Counted from the stretch's first letter, positions 1 to 10,046 are shown. The stretch is 64,000 nucleotides of DNA from an uncultured Gammaproteobacteria bacterium (GCA_963787695.1 CAWBDX010000003.1:254973-318972); one strand, 5' to 3'. The notes: generated from the sequence alone by a model not told the origin. Translations and numbers: made by a program.

Positions 1-49
1 GGGCATCCGGAAACCTCTGGGGTTCGCACCCTGGGGGCGCCGGATGCCC
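1..49. repeat. Perfect 10-bp inverted repeat (stem-loop candidate)
   Basis: GGGCATCCGG (1-10) and CCGGATGCCC (40-49) are exact reverse complements separated by 29 nt. No T-run follows. It lies upstream of the kinase gene at the window edge. Confidence 0.6.
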
Positions 50-263
50 ACTCTCTACTAGATTGCCTAGCTTAGGCCCCCAATAACCTGGGTTTCTACG
101 TAAATCATTGCCATTCGCTTGCCGGCGCGGCGCTCGTGAGAAAATACTAAGGCACCGCGCGGACACGACGTGCAAAGCCTCAGCCGGATATGTCCTAGTA
201 CAGGCCGCGAATCCGATTCTTGTTTGTACAGTGGCATCGGCCGCCACTATCAGGGAGACCAGC

Positions 264-2966
264 ATGGCGACAGTGCCGCCGGAACAATGGCGCCCATTCA
301 GCGAGTACCTCGGTCAAGCGCTGGACCTGCCGGAGGCGGCCCGCGAAGAGTGGTTGGCGACACTTGCGCAAAGCAATCCACAGCTCGCCGCCGCAGTTGC
401 CAGTGCGCTTTCCCAGCGCGAACGCAGCGGTTATGCAGAGTTTCTGGCGGAGCCGCTGTTGCTCGCCAGCGAAGACACCACGGGAGCGACCCTGACTGGT
501 CGCCACATCGGTCCGTATGTCATCGAGGCGGAAATTGGACGTGGCGGCATGGGTAGTGTTTGGCGTGCCCGGCGCGTAGACAAACGATTCGAAACCACCG
601 TTGCCGTGAAATTCTTGCATGCGAGTTGGATCGGGCGTGAGGGAGAGCAGCGCTTTCGCAGTGAAGGTCAGATGCTCGGGCGCCTCGATCATCCAAACAT
701 CGCCCGTCTTATCGATGCAGGTCTCCTCGATGTGACACACCCCTATCTGGTGCTGGAGTACGTCGAGGGCGAGGCGATCGATGCCTACTGCGCCGCCAAG
801 AATCTCGACGTCGAAGCGCGTTTGGAACTATTTCTCGGTGTGCTTGCGGCAGTAGCCCACGCTCACAGTCACTTGATCGTGCATCGAGACATCAAACCGA
901 GCAACATCTTTGTCACGCGCAGCGGTTCGGTCAAGCTCCTCGACTTCGGCATCGCCAAGCTGCTCAATGATGCAACAGGTGCTGCCGCGCTGACGAAGTC
1001 AGGTAGCACGGCGTTGACGCCGCAATTTGCAGCTCCGGAACAATTGCTGGGCAAAGCAGTTACTACGGCAACAGACGTATATTCCCTCGGCCTGGTGTTG
1101 TACGTACTGCTGACCGGTCGGCACCCGATCCTCGCCGAATCCGATTCGAGTGCACAGCTCATTCATGCGGTACTCACCGAGGATGCACCGCAGGCGTCAA
1201 CCGTCGCCAGAATGCCGACACCCTGGCGCAGATCGCTGCAAGGTGATCTTGACAATATTCTGGCCAAGGCCTTGAAGAAGGCGCCAGCTGAGCGCTACGC
1301 ATCGGTGGGCGCCTTCGCGGACGATCTAAAGCGCTACTTGACCCACGAGCCCGTCAAAGCTCACGCGGATACGGTTACGTATCGGGTGACGAAGTTCGTC
1401 CGGCGACATCGAGGAGGTGTCTTGTCGGGCATACTGACCCTACTGGTTCTTTGCGCAGCGACAATTATCACCTTCTTGCAGAACATTGAAGTGACCCGGC
1501 AGAGGGACGCCGCGCAGTTCGAGGCGCGCCGCGCGGAATCGGCGAACGAGTTCCTGGATTTCCTGCTGCAGTCCGATGGAGGCACGAGTCAGGCGTCGCT
1601 CTCGCCTGCCGCGCGCATTGAGCTGGGTGCCCGCATGCTCGAGCTTCAGTTTCACGGCGACCCGCGCTTTGCGGGGCGTATGTTGGTGGAGCTCAGCGAC
1701 CAATATCGTGGTCAAACCTTTACGCGCCAGGCCGTTGCGTTGGATACCCGTGCGTATGCGCTAGGCAGAGATGCGCAAGATCCCGAATTGATGGCGCTTG
1801 CGCAGTGCGAGGCCGCGTACGCCGAAACCTCCTCCGGCGTGACCCAGAGCGCGTCGCCGCGACTCACCGAAGCGAAGCAGATCATCGCACAACTTCACGC
1901 GCCATCAGTGATCTTGCAGGTCCACTGTCGTCGAGCCGACGCAGAACTTGCGCTTCGAACCGGGAATACCGCGGCCGCAGAACAGATCCTGGGGGGTGCG
2001 CGACGCTTGCTCGAAGATTCGGGGCAAACCTATCGGCTTGCATATACCTCGGTGCTCAATGATCTTGGCGGCGTTTACAACGATACCGCTCGGCTCAGTG
2101 AAGCGCTTGCCATGGCGCAGCTCATCGGCGCAACTCATGAAAAGTACGGGCGCGGCGGCACTGGCGCGCGGGTCATGGCGCTTCAAAATGAGTCTGCCGT
2201 ACTTTTCAACATGGGCGAATTCCGCGCGTCGTACGCTGTCTCTGAGGACGTCCGCGCTCGACGCCTGGCGATTGAAGGCGACGCATCTGAGCCCCTTTCA
2301 ATGACGGTCAACGCCGCGTCGCTTCTGGTAAGGCTTGGACGATCGCAAGAAGGGATCGACCTGGCCCGCGCCGCAAGCGTACGGGCGCGAAGCGCCGGCA
2401 ACTCGCGGTGGTTGATCTTCGCGCTGCGCACCACGGGGATGGGCTATGTTCAGTTGGGACAGATGAACGAAGCCGAAGCCGCATTGCAAGAAATGATAAC
2501 CGCGTTGGGGAACGGCGATTCGACGATGGATCCGCGCTATCGAGGCCTTTCGGATACGCTTCGCGGGCTTCTGGCGCTGCGCCGCGCCGACCCCGTGGCC
2601 GCTCTCAACTGCGCCAACGCGGCGCTCACAGCCATTGGCGCCGAATCGAAGGGGAAAGTACTGGAGGCATATGCATCTTTTAAGCTAGCCGCGAACGCAG
2701 CGCTGGCTTTGGGTCGATTCGCGGATGCGGAGCACTTCGCGCACGAGGAACTGCATCTGACGGAAGCCGTTGCTCGCGGGCCCGATACCAGCGCCGATGT
2801 CGGCGAGGCGCTCCTTATCCTTGCAAAGGCTGAAATTGCGCAAGGCCGAGCTACAGAAGCGCAATCCCTGCTCGAGCGAGCAGCGCGCTGTTTAACAAAT
2901 GGCCTGGGTGCAGACCATGCCTTGACCCGCGAGGCCCTCGCCTTGGCGACGCACAACAAGGCCTGA
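264..2966 (+). CDS. Serine/threonine protein kinase with one TM segment and a C-terminal TPR-like repeat domain
   Basis: ORF 108..2966 trimmed to the first ATG (264). Hanks-kinase motifs are present: GRGGMGSVW, VAVK, HRDIKPSN, DFG, APE. A hydrophobic segment (LSGILTLLVLCAATIITF) is followed by about 450 aa of helical-repeat sequence. Confidence 0.9.
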   Translation: MATVPPEQWRPFSEYLGQALDLPEAAREEWLATLAQSNPQLAAAVASALSQRERSGYAEFLAEPLLLASEDTTGATLTGRHIGPYVIEAEIGRGGMGSVWRARRVDKRFETTVAVKFLHASWIGREGEQRFRSEGQMLGRLDHPNIARLIDAGLLDVTHPYLVLEYVEGEAIDAYCAAKNLDVEARLELFLGVLAAVAHAHSHLIVHRDIKPSNIFVTRSGSVKLLDFGIAKLLNDATGAAALTKSGSTALTPQFAAPEQLLGKAVTTATDVYSLGLVLYVLLTGRHPILAESDSSAQLIHAVLTEDAPQASTVARMPTPWRRSLQGDLDNILAKALKKAPAERYASVGAFADDLKRYLTHEPVKAHADTVTYRVTKFVRRHRGGVLSGILTLLVLCAATIITFLQNIEVTRQRDAAQFEARRAESANEFLDFLLQSDGGTSQASLSPAARIELGARMLELQFHGDPRFAGRMLVELSDQYRGQTFTRQAVALDTRAYALGRDAQDPELMALAQCEAAYAETSSGVTQSASPRLTEAKQIIAQLHAPSVILQVHCRRADAELALRTGNTAAAEQILGGARRLLEDSGQTYRLAYTSVLNDLGGVYNDTARLSEALAMAQLIGATHEKYGRGGTGARVMALQNESAVLFNMGEFRASYAVSEDVRARRLAIEGDASEPLSMTVNAASLLVRLGRSQEGIDLARAASVRARSAGNSRWLIFALRTTGMGYVQLGQMNEAEAALQEMITALGNGDSTMDPRYRGLSDTLRGLLALRRADPVAALNCANAALTAIGAESKGKVLEAYASFKLAANAALALGRFADAEHFAHEELHLTEAVARGPDTSADVGEALLILAKAEIAQGRATEAQSLLERAARCLTNGLGADHALTREALALATHNKA

Positions 2967-3206
2967 AGCGCACGGAGAAATGGGGCTGACCAGACTACAT
3001 CTGTCCGCTACGCGCATAGAATTGGACAAACCTTTGATTTTATTGTACTTGGCGACGCATCACAGGCTGACCTTGCTATACATTGTGCGAAGTTGACTTG
3101 CAGCAGCGAAAAACAGATGTCCCGTTCTGGCTACGTTCCAATGTCCTGCTTTTTTGGCAGTCAAACTTCCTAACAGACACACTGCATTTAGTGTAGAAGG
3201 CAGTTG

Positions 3207-3893
3207 ATGAAGCTGTACCAGTTTTTCGCCTCACCGTTTCCGACGCGCGTCCGCCTGATGCTGTACGCGAAAGGGATACCGTTCGAGATCGTCGAACCGC
3301 CAGGTTTCGGCAATTCGACGCTGCCGAAGGGCGACTACCTGAAGCTCAACCCGCTGGGTCGGGTGCCAACTCTCGTCCTCGACGATGGACGCGCGCTACC
3401 CGAGTCCGAGGTCATCTGCGAGTACCTGGAAGAGGTCTTCCCGTCTCCCCCGCTGCTGCCGGCGGATCCGTGGGAGCGCGCGCAAGTGCGGCTCGTAACG
3501 CGCATCAGCGACATCTACCTGGTCATGGCGATGGTGCCGCTGTTCGATATCCTCGCCACGAAGCGCTCAGAGTGGGACCGGGCTGTCATCAATGGGGCAG
3601 TCGACAAGGTCGCAGAGGCGCTTGCCGCTCTTGAAGTCTACATCGGTGTCGGCGGCTATGCGGTAGGCCGATCTCTGACCGTGGCCGATGGTGCACTCGC
3701 GCCGATGCTCATTCTCGCCGAAGAGTGGGCGCCCGCAGTATTCGGCACGGCCCCACCATTGCACCGGTTTCCCAAACTCTCGGCATATTGGCGCAGCGTC
3801 CAGGGCAATCCGGTCGTGAGCCGCGTCGTTCGAGAGACCCGCGACGCGATTACGCAGAGTCGCGCGCAGCGCTTGAAGGCCGAGGGTCAATGA
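3207..3893 (+). CDS. Glutathione S-transferase family protein
   Basis: N-terminal thioredoxin-fold GST motifs are present (LNPLGRVPTL, ESEVICEYL). ATG at 3207, with an alternative TTG at 3204. Confidence 0.85.
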   Translation: MKLYQFFASPFPTRVRLMLYAKGIPFEIVEPPGFGNSTLPKGDYLKLNPLGRVPTLVLDDGRALPESEVICEYLEEVFPSPPLLPADPWERAQVRLVTRISDIYLVMAMVPLFDILATKRSEWDRAVINGAVDKVAEALAALEVYIGVGGYAVGRSLTVADGALAPMLILAEEWAPAVFGTAPPLHRFPKLSAYWRSVQGNPVVSRVVRETRDAITQSRAQRLKAEGQ

Positions 3894-5278
3894 CGCAGGT
3901 CACCGCGACCGGTGCCAGAATCACACCGACCTTCGCCATATCAGCTTACGCGGCACCGGGCGTGCCGGAGGCAATGCTCCTTTATTGTGCCTCGCTCGTG
4001 ATTCCCGGCTTTTATGCCACCGAAATGGGTCTCAGCACTCAGGTGATCGGTATCTCAATGGTGGTCGCGCGGATGTTTGACGCCGTCATTGATCCGGTCA
4101 TCGGGTACTTGTCGGACCGCAGCGCTCACCTCTGGGGAGGCCGCAAGCCCTGGCTCGCAGCCGGTGCGGTTGTCTCATCGGTCGCGGTGGCATTTCTCTA
4201 TGCGCCGCACAAGGGGATCGGTGCCGGGTACTACCTTGGCTGGACGATCTGCCTGTACTTCGGCTGGACCATGGCGATCATTCCTTATGATGCCTGGGGT
4301 GCGGACATCTCCAGCGAGTATTTCGAACGGACACGGATCTTTACGTATCGAGCAACTGCGTACTACCTTGGCAGCTTGCTGTTTCTTGTATCCCCCTTCC
4401 TGGGCGCGTCGCCCGAGGTGTCCTTCAATGCGCAGGTGCTGAATTTCAACGCGGGGCTCGTGGCCGTGTTGTTCGCGGTCACGGTGCCGATTGCGTTTCG
4501 CTACGGGCCGCGCGGACGCCCAGGTCAGGCGCGCAGTCCGATCGGCTTCTGGAGCATTCTTGCCAACGTGCGAAACAATCGGCCAATGTTGTTGTTCCTG
4601 TTGAGCTACAGCATTAGCGGCATCAGTCTCGGAGTGTTTCTTGCGCTTTCCTATATCTACGTAGTCAGCTATCTCAAATTGCCACAGGCGTTTCCGGTCA
4701 TCTTGCTGAGTTATGCCGTCGCCAACCTGGTTTCCGTCCCAATATGGCTGCGGATCATCCGCAGGATCGGCAAGCACCGGGCCTGGGCGCTAGGCGTATT
4801 CGGGGATGCAATCATCTATCCGTTTCTGGCGCCGTTAACGCCCGGCCCTGCGAGCTACATACCCGCGCTGGTGATAATTACAATTAGCGGCTTTGCGGAT
4901 GCCGTAAGCCGCGTGGCCGCCGATGCCATCCTCGGAGATATCGTCGACTTCGACGAATTGAGAACCGGCAAGAATCGCGCCGCCAATTACTACGCTCTCA
5001 AGTCTCTAGTCACGAAGGGCAATATTGCCTTGGGCGGCGGCTTCGCGTTCCTCACGATCGGTCTATTCGGCTACGATCCCGCAGCGCCATCAAACAGTCA
5101 CTGGGGCGTGCTTGGTCTGCGCATCACGTTGCTCTTCATCCCTGCAGTGCTGTACGTCATCTCCGGCCTATTGATGTGGCGCTTTCCGATCGACAGGCGC
5201 CGGCAGGATGTCATTCGCCGACGACTGGACGCACGCGCGCTGCGATTGGGGATTCGCCACGAGGAGGCATTGCCATGA
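3890..5278 (+). CDS. MFS transporter, glycoside-pentoside-hexuronide (GPH/MelB-like) type
   Basis: ATG at 3890 overlaps the GST stop codon (ATGA). The translation is a multi-TM hydrophobic protein. The motif DAVIDPVIGYLSDR...GGRKPW is typical of GPH symporters. Confidence 0.85.
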   Translation: MTQVTATGARITPTFAISAYAAPGVPEAMLLYCASLVIPGFYATEMGLSTQVIGISMVVARMFDAVIDPVIGYLSDRSAHLWGGRKPWLAAGAVVSSVAVAFLYAPHKGIGAGYYLGWTICLYFGWTMAIIPYDAWGADISSEYFERTRIFTYRATAYYLGSLLFLVSPFLGASPEVSFNAQVLNFNAGLVAVLFAVTVPIAFRYGPRGRPGQARSPIGFWSILANVRNNRPMLLFLLSYSISGISLGVFLALSYIYVVSYLKLPQAFPVILLSYAVANLVSVPIWLRIIRRIGKHRAWALGVFGDAIIYPFLAPLTPGPASYIPALVIITISGFADAVSRVAADAILGDIVDFDELRTGKNRAANYYALKSLVTKGNIALGGGFAFLTIGLFGYDPAAPSNSHWGVLGLRITLLFIPAVLYVISGLLMWRFPIDRRRQDVIRRRLDARALRLGIRHEEALP

Positions 5279-5303
5279 TCAGGGCAACGCCCGCCCCACC
5301 CCG

Positions 5304-5417
5304 CTACTTCGCTTCATCCTTATTTGAAGGTGCTTCTGCGAAGGTGCCGAACAGGCGATCCCAAAACAGGTCGATGACCGCGTAGTTGCGGCGTGCGTCG
5401 CGGTGATGCACAGGTTG
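5304..5417 (-). pseudogene. 3'-terminal relic of a fatty acid hydroxylase / sterol desaturase family gene
   Basis: The minus-strand translation QPVHHRDARRNYAVIDLFWDRLFGTF matches the last His box plus the NYG..WDrlFGT tail of that superfamily. The rest of ORF 5304..5597 is not hydrophobic, lacks the other His boxes, and overlaps the rhomboid gene. Confidence 0.45.
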
Positions 5418-5501
5418 ATTCCGATTGACGGCCGCCGTCGAGCCTCGATTATCGACGGCCTGCCTCTTGAATTGAGAGCGGCCGGCCACATTGCTGCCCC
5501 A

Positions 5502-6398
5502 ATGAGCGTCGCGGCCGATCATGAAGTGGTGTTTCGGGGACCGAAGGCTCTCTGTCGGGAATACAGTCTTGTGCTCGAGGCTCGCGCAATCGAGCACCAG
5601 GTTTTTGAGATCGGTGGCCTTTGCGCCTTGACGGTCGAGCCCTCCCTGCGGGCGAGCGCCCTAGACGAATTGACGCGTTATTCCTCTGAGCGCAGCAGTC
5701 CCCGTCCGGAATCCCGCTTCACCGTTGCATTCAAGGGCGCCAGTGTCGGCGCCGCCGCTTACGCGTTGATACTACTGCTAACGGCTTATTGTGCGGGCTT
5801 GGGGCTTTTCGGCGACGACTGGTATGGCTCGGGGGTCATTGATGCCGGACCTGCGCGCAGTGAGTGGTGGCGCGCGATAACTGCCCTGACCTTGCATGTG
5901 GACCCGGCCCACTTACTCGGCAATTTGATTTTCGGCGTGCTGGTCGGTGTCGCCGCAAGCAGGCTTCTGGGACCCGGCGTTGCGTGGTTCGCCGCACTGT
6001 TCGCGGCGGCCTTGGCAAACTATGTCGAAATGCTGATTGCGCCTGCATCGCATCGCGCGCTGGGCGCATCGACCGCAGTCTTTGCGGCATTGGGGCTGCT
6101 GACCGGTCTCGCGTGGACGGAAAGGCTCACCTTTCGGGAGCGCAATTGGTACCGCTGGGCACCGCTCGTCGCAGGGGTGTGTCTCCTTACTCTGTTTGGC
6201 GCCGGCGACGAGCATGTAGATGTACTCGGACATTTCTTGGGCTTCGCGTTCGGCGTTGTAGCGGGCTGGCTGTGCGCCATCGCTGACGTGCCCCGCAGTA
6301 AGGGGTTGGCGACGCAAATTCTATTTGGCACGGCCGCTGCGCTCTCGATTGGTTTGGCGTGGCTCCTGGCTCTGCATCACGCGCATCCAGTACTTTAG
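5502..6398 (+). CDS. Rhomboid family intramembrane serine protease
   Basis: Multi-TM protein with the catalytic-type motifs GASTAVFAALG (GxSxxxF) and HFLGFAFG (HxxGxxxG). ATG 5502 is preferred. The 5403/5406 starts would overlap the relic above. Confidence 0.85.
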   Translation: MSVAADHEVVFRGPKALCREYSLVLEARAIEHQVFEIGGLCALTVEPSLRASALDELTRYSSERSSPRPESRFTVAFKGASVGAAAYALILLLTAYCAGLGLFGDDWYGSGVIDAGPARSEWWRAITALTLHVDPAHLLGNLIFGVLVGVAASRLLGPGVAWFAALFAAALANYVEMLIAPASHRALGASTAVFAALGLLTGLAWTERLTFRERNWYRWAPLVAGVCLLTLFGAGDEHVDVLGHFLGFAFGVVAGWLCAIADVPRSKGLATQILFGTAAALSIGLAWLLALHHAHPVL

Positions 6399-6537
6399 CC
6401 GCCCTTTCTTCAAACCACCGCGGCGCGCCGGAGTTACGTCGGATTGATTCTCTGATTATTCGCGTGTCCGGGGTTCGGTTAACAGTGTTGCGGCGCGTCC
6501 ATCCACTCGCCTTCCGGATTGTCGTGCCTATTGGACC

Positions 6538-7161
6538 TCAATCGTAGGTCTCACCAGACATCGGCGTAGCGCGCATTGAGGGTCTCGATTTAAACGCCTC
6601 GAACCAAGCAGTGAGCCTTGCGCGCTTTTCACGGAACGTTGGCAGTTCGCGAAATTCGAGCCAACTTAAGGTGGTCGCCAGTGCGATATGACCGATGTGG
6701 ATCGGTGAGGCAACGTCAAGCTCCCGTTCCAACCAATCGTAACTCGTCGTGAGTTTTTCGATGTAGCCGTCCCGCAGCGCGGGGTACCGCAGCTTTTCTG
6801 GCCGGCGCACGGTTTCCCAACGAATCGCGCCGCCGGCACTGCTGAGACCCTGCGCGATCGCCTGTATGCGCAACGCCTGCCATCGAGTCTCCCCTTCCGG
6901 TGGGATCAACCTACGTCCGTCGTGCAGCGTATCGATGTACGCGCAGATGACGTCGGAGTCAAAGATGGGCGGCAGTCCAGACCTGACCAGAACCGGCACC
7001 TGACCAAGCGGATTTTCCGCGAAGACCTCATCGTTGCGGCGAGTTGGACTGGTCTCGTGATGCACGACTTCGATGCGTTCTGCGACGCCCACTTCGTAGG
7101 CAAGGACCAAGACCTTGCGAGCGCCAGGTGAGTGTGTTTGGTAGAGAAGCTTCATGAGCAT
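6538..7161 (-). CDS. Glutathione S-transferase family protein
   Basis: GST-like N-terminus (MKLLYQTHSPGARKVLVLAYEVGV...NPLGQVPVL...DSDVICAYI). Alternative ATG at 7155. Confidence 0.85.
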   Translation of the reverse strand: MLMKLLYQTHSPGARKVLVLAYEVGVAERIEVVHHETSPTRRNDEVFAENPLGQVPVLVRSGLPPIFDSDVICAYIDTLHDGRRLIPPEGETRWQALRIQAIAQGLSSAGGAIRWETVRRPEKLRYPALRDGYIEKLTTSYDWLERELDVASPIHIGHIALATTLSWLEFRELPTFREKRARLTAWFEAFKSRPSMRATPMSGETYD

Positions 7162-7411
7162 ATTCTACGTCTGGTCGACCCGTTCGCACACCAGTGCCCG
7201 ACAACCCCGGCGTCGGCCAAAAAAAATTACGATGGGCCTATCAAAAGCCATCGTGACTAAGGCGCGCAGCGTCGGCAGTTACTAACCAAATTTTCACTCC
7301 TACAGCGATAGGCGCTAAACGCTGACACCTTATCGCGGCCGTTTGCGGCGTGCGCACGAGTGGCCTGACCCCGAAACTGGCCTCCCTTACATCTATCTCA
7401 AGGACACACTA

Positions 7412-7786
7412 ATGGATCTCACAGGAACCACTAACGATTTTTCCAATCAGGGTCAGGAGCTGGCAGATAAAGCCATGAATAAGGTCCAAGGCGGCATTCA
7501 GGATACCAAACGCACGGTCAATCGCGCGGCCGATCAGCTATCGAGCAAAGCAGATCAGCTTCGTAGCGAAACGAAGCCATTGATCAAGAAAGCGGCGCAG
7601 CAAACCAGTGCCTTCGCGCAGAGTGTCGGCGAAGCCACGCAGCGCATTCGCGCTGCCGCTAGTCAAGCTTCCGAATCCGCGACTGCGTACGCCAAAGAGA
7701 ATCCCGTCAAGGCCATATTGATCGCCGCGGCTTCGGGCGCGGTTCTCGCGACACTCTTCCACACGATTTCCCGCTCGCGAGATTAA
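7412..7786 (+). CDS. DUF883 (ElaB/YqjD-like) membrane-anchored protein
   Basis: Trimmed to ATG 7412. A long Q/A/S-rich helical region is followed by a C-terminal anchor (ENPVKAILIAAASGAVLATLF) characteristic of ElaB/YqjD proteins. Confidence 0.8.
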   Translation: MDLTGTTNDFSNQGQELADKAMNKVQGGIQDTKRTVNRAADQLSSKADQLRSETKPLIKKAAQQTSAFAQSVGEATQRIRAAASQASESATAYAKENPVKAILIAAASGAVLATLFHTISRSRD

Positions 7787-7843
7787 ATCACCCGGCATAG
7801 GCTTGGGCTTGCCCCGCGAGCCCAAGCAATCGTAGGTAGCACT

Positions 7844-8140
7844 ATGAAACCATCCCGCACCTTGAATGAATTGGTCAATGACGTCGAGGCATTGCTAGCG
7901 GCATTGAGCGATGAACATAGCCCTCAAATAGATGAGCTGCGAAACCGGGTAGCGCAAACCATCGGCTCAGCGAAGCGCGCCATTGCAAGCCAACGCCCCA
8001 GCGTGGTTGCACGCATAGGCCACTATGCCGGTTCGGTTGATAACTACATCACCGGATTTCCGCGCCTCGGCTTTCTCACCGGCATTCTGGTCGGCGGCAT
8101 GATCGTCTTTGTGAGAGGGCTTGCCAACTCAAAGGCTTGA
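7844..8140 (+). CDS. DUF883 (ElaB/YqjD-like) membrane-anchored protein, tandem paralogue
   Basis: Same architecture as the upstream gene: an N-terminal helical segment (LVNDVEALLAALSD...ELRNRV) and a C-terminal TM segment (FLTGILVGGMIVFV). Confidence 0.75.
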   Translation: MKPSRTLNELVNDVEALLAALSDEHSPQIDELRNRVAQTIGSAKRAIASQRPSVVARIGHYAGSVDNYITGFPRLGFLTGILVGGMIVFVRGLANSKA

Positions 8141-8563
8141 CGCCCCGTTTTCGGTACTCGCCGACACCGCAGCGACGCAGTCGATCTCAATGTCGAAAGG
8201 ACCCGGCCATGCGGCGACACAGACAAATACTCGCGCCGGCGGATTCTTCGGAAAGTAGCGAGCATACACAACGTTCACCGCAGCGAACTTCTGCACCGAC
8301 GTGCAGTACACCGTGCACTTGAGCACATTTTCGAGTGACGAGCCCGCAGTTTCCAGGCAAAGCTTCATTTGCTCGAGCACGAGTTCCGTCTGGCGTTCGA
8401 TCGGTGCCTCGATCACCGTGCCGGTACTGGGGTCGAATGGCGGGAACCCGGATACGTAAAGAGTGTCTCCGTGTCGGGTAACCGCCGATGTCGGAGCTTT
8501 CCAGTTCTCCAAGTACGTGGACAGTGGCTCGACGCGAATGACTTCTCTGGTCGACTGACTCAT
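8129..8563 (-). CDS. RidA/YjgF/L-PSP family protein
   Basis: Trimmed to ATG 8563, which overlaps the upstream stop codon (ATGA). The sequence GDTLYVSG...VLEQMKLCLETAGSSLENVLKCTVY...ARV is typical of the RidA fold. Confidence 0.85.
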   Translation of the reverse strand: MSQSTREVIRVEPLSTYLENWKAPTSAVTRHGDTLYVSGFPPFDPSTGTVIEAPIERQTELVLEQMKLCLETAGSSLENVLKCTVYCTSVQKFAAVNVVYARYFPKNPPARVFVCVAAWPGPFDIEIDCVAAVSASTENGASSL

Positions 8564-9537
8564 TGTTGTCGCTCGAAAAAAGCCCAGATCAATGCCGGCC
8601 CGTTCGGCTCCATGGGAGACGGGCCTAATAATCGCGGGCGGCGCCAGTATTGCTGCGGGAGGCCATGCCCACCGCCGTGGATGGCAACGAGTTCCACCTC
8701 CGCCTTGGAGCCATTGCGCCACAGGACCTGCTCGACGCTGACTTTATCGGCCAGGGGGGTCTGGTTGGTTTCGGGCGCACCGACGATATTGTTGAGATCC
8801 GCAAAATATTGACCCGAGTCTCGCGACGACCGGACGTTTCCGCCCTTGTAGAACAAGCCGAGGAGATTGACCTCTCCACCGTTGAAAGGGACCAGGGGAT
8901 CCTTCGTACCGTTCATAATCATGACGGAAGTGCCCTGCCCCACCGGCTTGCATTTGGAATTCTCCGGCGTCGGCATATTTGCCGCTACCGCAGCAACTGC
9001 GCGAAACCGGGAAGGAGCTTCCAGCGCAAGACGAATCGACATAAAACCGCCAGCCGAAACGCCAGTCGCAAACACACGGCCCCGATCGACACCGATTTCA
9101 CTGATGAGCTTATCGACCAGCGCGATCAAGAACTCCACGTCGTCGATGTTGACGCCGTTCACGCTGAAGTCGCCAATTTTGCCGCAGTCGTTCCAATCGA
9201 AGGTGTACGCATTGGGATAGACGACCGCAAAACCATGTTCGTCCGCAAGACGGTCGAATCCATACCCCGTCTCAGCCCGAATGCGCGCGGCGTTTTCACC
9301 CGATCCGTGCATCACCACCACCAGTGGCGCGCCTTTCGCCAGCCCTCGCGGTACATACGTCATGTAGGTCCGCTTCAGTCCGCCCACTTCGATCGAACCC
9401 ATCGTCTGCGTGCCGGACAGGTGTGGAATCTCAGGGGGCGGCGTGTAAACAAAGTAGCCGAATAGCGCGCCACACAATACAACAAAGCCGAGCAAGCTCA
9501 AGAGACAAAAAACCAGGAAACGTAGAACTTTTCTCAT
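8560..9537 (-). CDS. PHB-depolymerase-family esterase (alpha/beta hydrolase) with an N-terminal TM/signal anchor
   Basis: Trimmed to ATG 9537. Hydrophobic N-terminus, VVVMHGSGENA, nucleophile elbow GVSAGG, and C-terminal HGGGHG. Confidence 0.8.
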   Translation of the reverse strand: MRKVLRFLVFCLLSLLGFVVLCGALFGYFVYTPPPEIPHLSGTQTMGSIEVGGLKRTYMTYVPRGLAKGAPLVVVMHGSGENAARIRAETGYGFDRLADEHGFAVVYPNAYTFDWNDCGKIGDFSVNGVNIDDVEFLIALVDKLISEIGVDRGRVFATGVSAGGFMSIRLALEAPSRFRAVAAVAANMPTPENSKCKPVGQGTSVMIMNGTKDPLVPFNGGEVNLLGLFYKGGNVRSSRDSGQYFADLNNIVGAPETNQTPLADKVSVEQVLWRNGSKAEVELVAIHGGGHGLPQQYWRRPRLLGPSPMEPNGPALIWAFFERQQ

Positions 9538-9659
9538 GGCTCGCCTTGACTTGCTGCTCTCGTTCGGCCGGGCCGTTCGAGTGACTGTACGCCATTTGCT
9601 GGACGAGGTGGGCACGCAAAGTCATTCGCCGGGCATGCAGAGCATGGGTTCGTGGCATT

Positions 9660-10046
9660 TCACAATTCGCACGGCCGGCCCCTGGTGTCGAACAACGTAT
9701 CATCCTCGATGATGCGTCCGGCGCTGAATCTGAAGAACGTCATCAATTCGAAGTGGAATTGATTCCCGGGACTACTGCTGGAAGTCACAAAACGGACGGA
9801 AGCCTGATCTCCGTCGACGATCACAGATATGACATCATCGCGGATGTCCGGATATGCGCGGAAGATCTTCTTGTAGGTGCGGGCAACGTCCGCGCCGGTG
9901 CGCGTCTTGCAGAAATCCGACGACATCAGGCGCGCGTCCGGCGCGTAGAGTGCCACTAACGCGGGGACATCGTGTCGGTTGAAGGCTTGAAAGAGCTGAT
10001 CGATGAGAGCTCTTGGGTTGGTCGCGATCGATGCTGCGGCCGCCAT
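9660..10046 (-). CDS. SnoaL-like / NTF2-fold protein
   Basis: Only the last 128 codons of ORF 9660..10442 are kept, because the upstream part overlaps the AraC gene in another frame. The pattern LIDQLFQAFNRHDVPALVALYAPDARL is typical of SnoaL-like domains. Confidence 0.7.
   Translation of the reverse strand: MAAAASIATNPRALIDQLFQAFNRHDVPALVALYAPDARLMSSDFCKTRTGADVARTYKKIFRAYPDIRDDVISVIVDGDQASVRFVTSSSSPGNQFHFELMTFFRFSAGRIIEDDTLFDTRGRPCEL

Noticed and set aside
1-60. Possible tRNA 3' half (GGTTCGCACC resembles a T-arm, and ...GCCCA resembles a CCA end).
   Set aside because: The two 10-nt arms are only 29 nt apart. There is no D or anticodon arm, the T-loop and stem do not pair properly, and no cloverleaf can be drawn.
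108-263. TTG-initiated N-terminal extension of the kinase ORF.
   Set aside because: The extension is Cys/Arg-rich and not protein-like. The conserved N-terminal motif begins right after ATG 264.
170-1162. ORFs 170..556(+), 195..740(-), 220..495(+) and 869..1162(-) overlapping the kinase gene.
   Set aside because: These are typical high-GC shadow ORFs (Arg/Pro/Ala-rich, no motifs). The kinase frame carries all the catalytic motifs.
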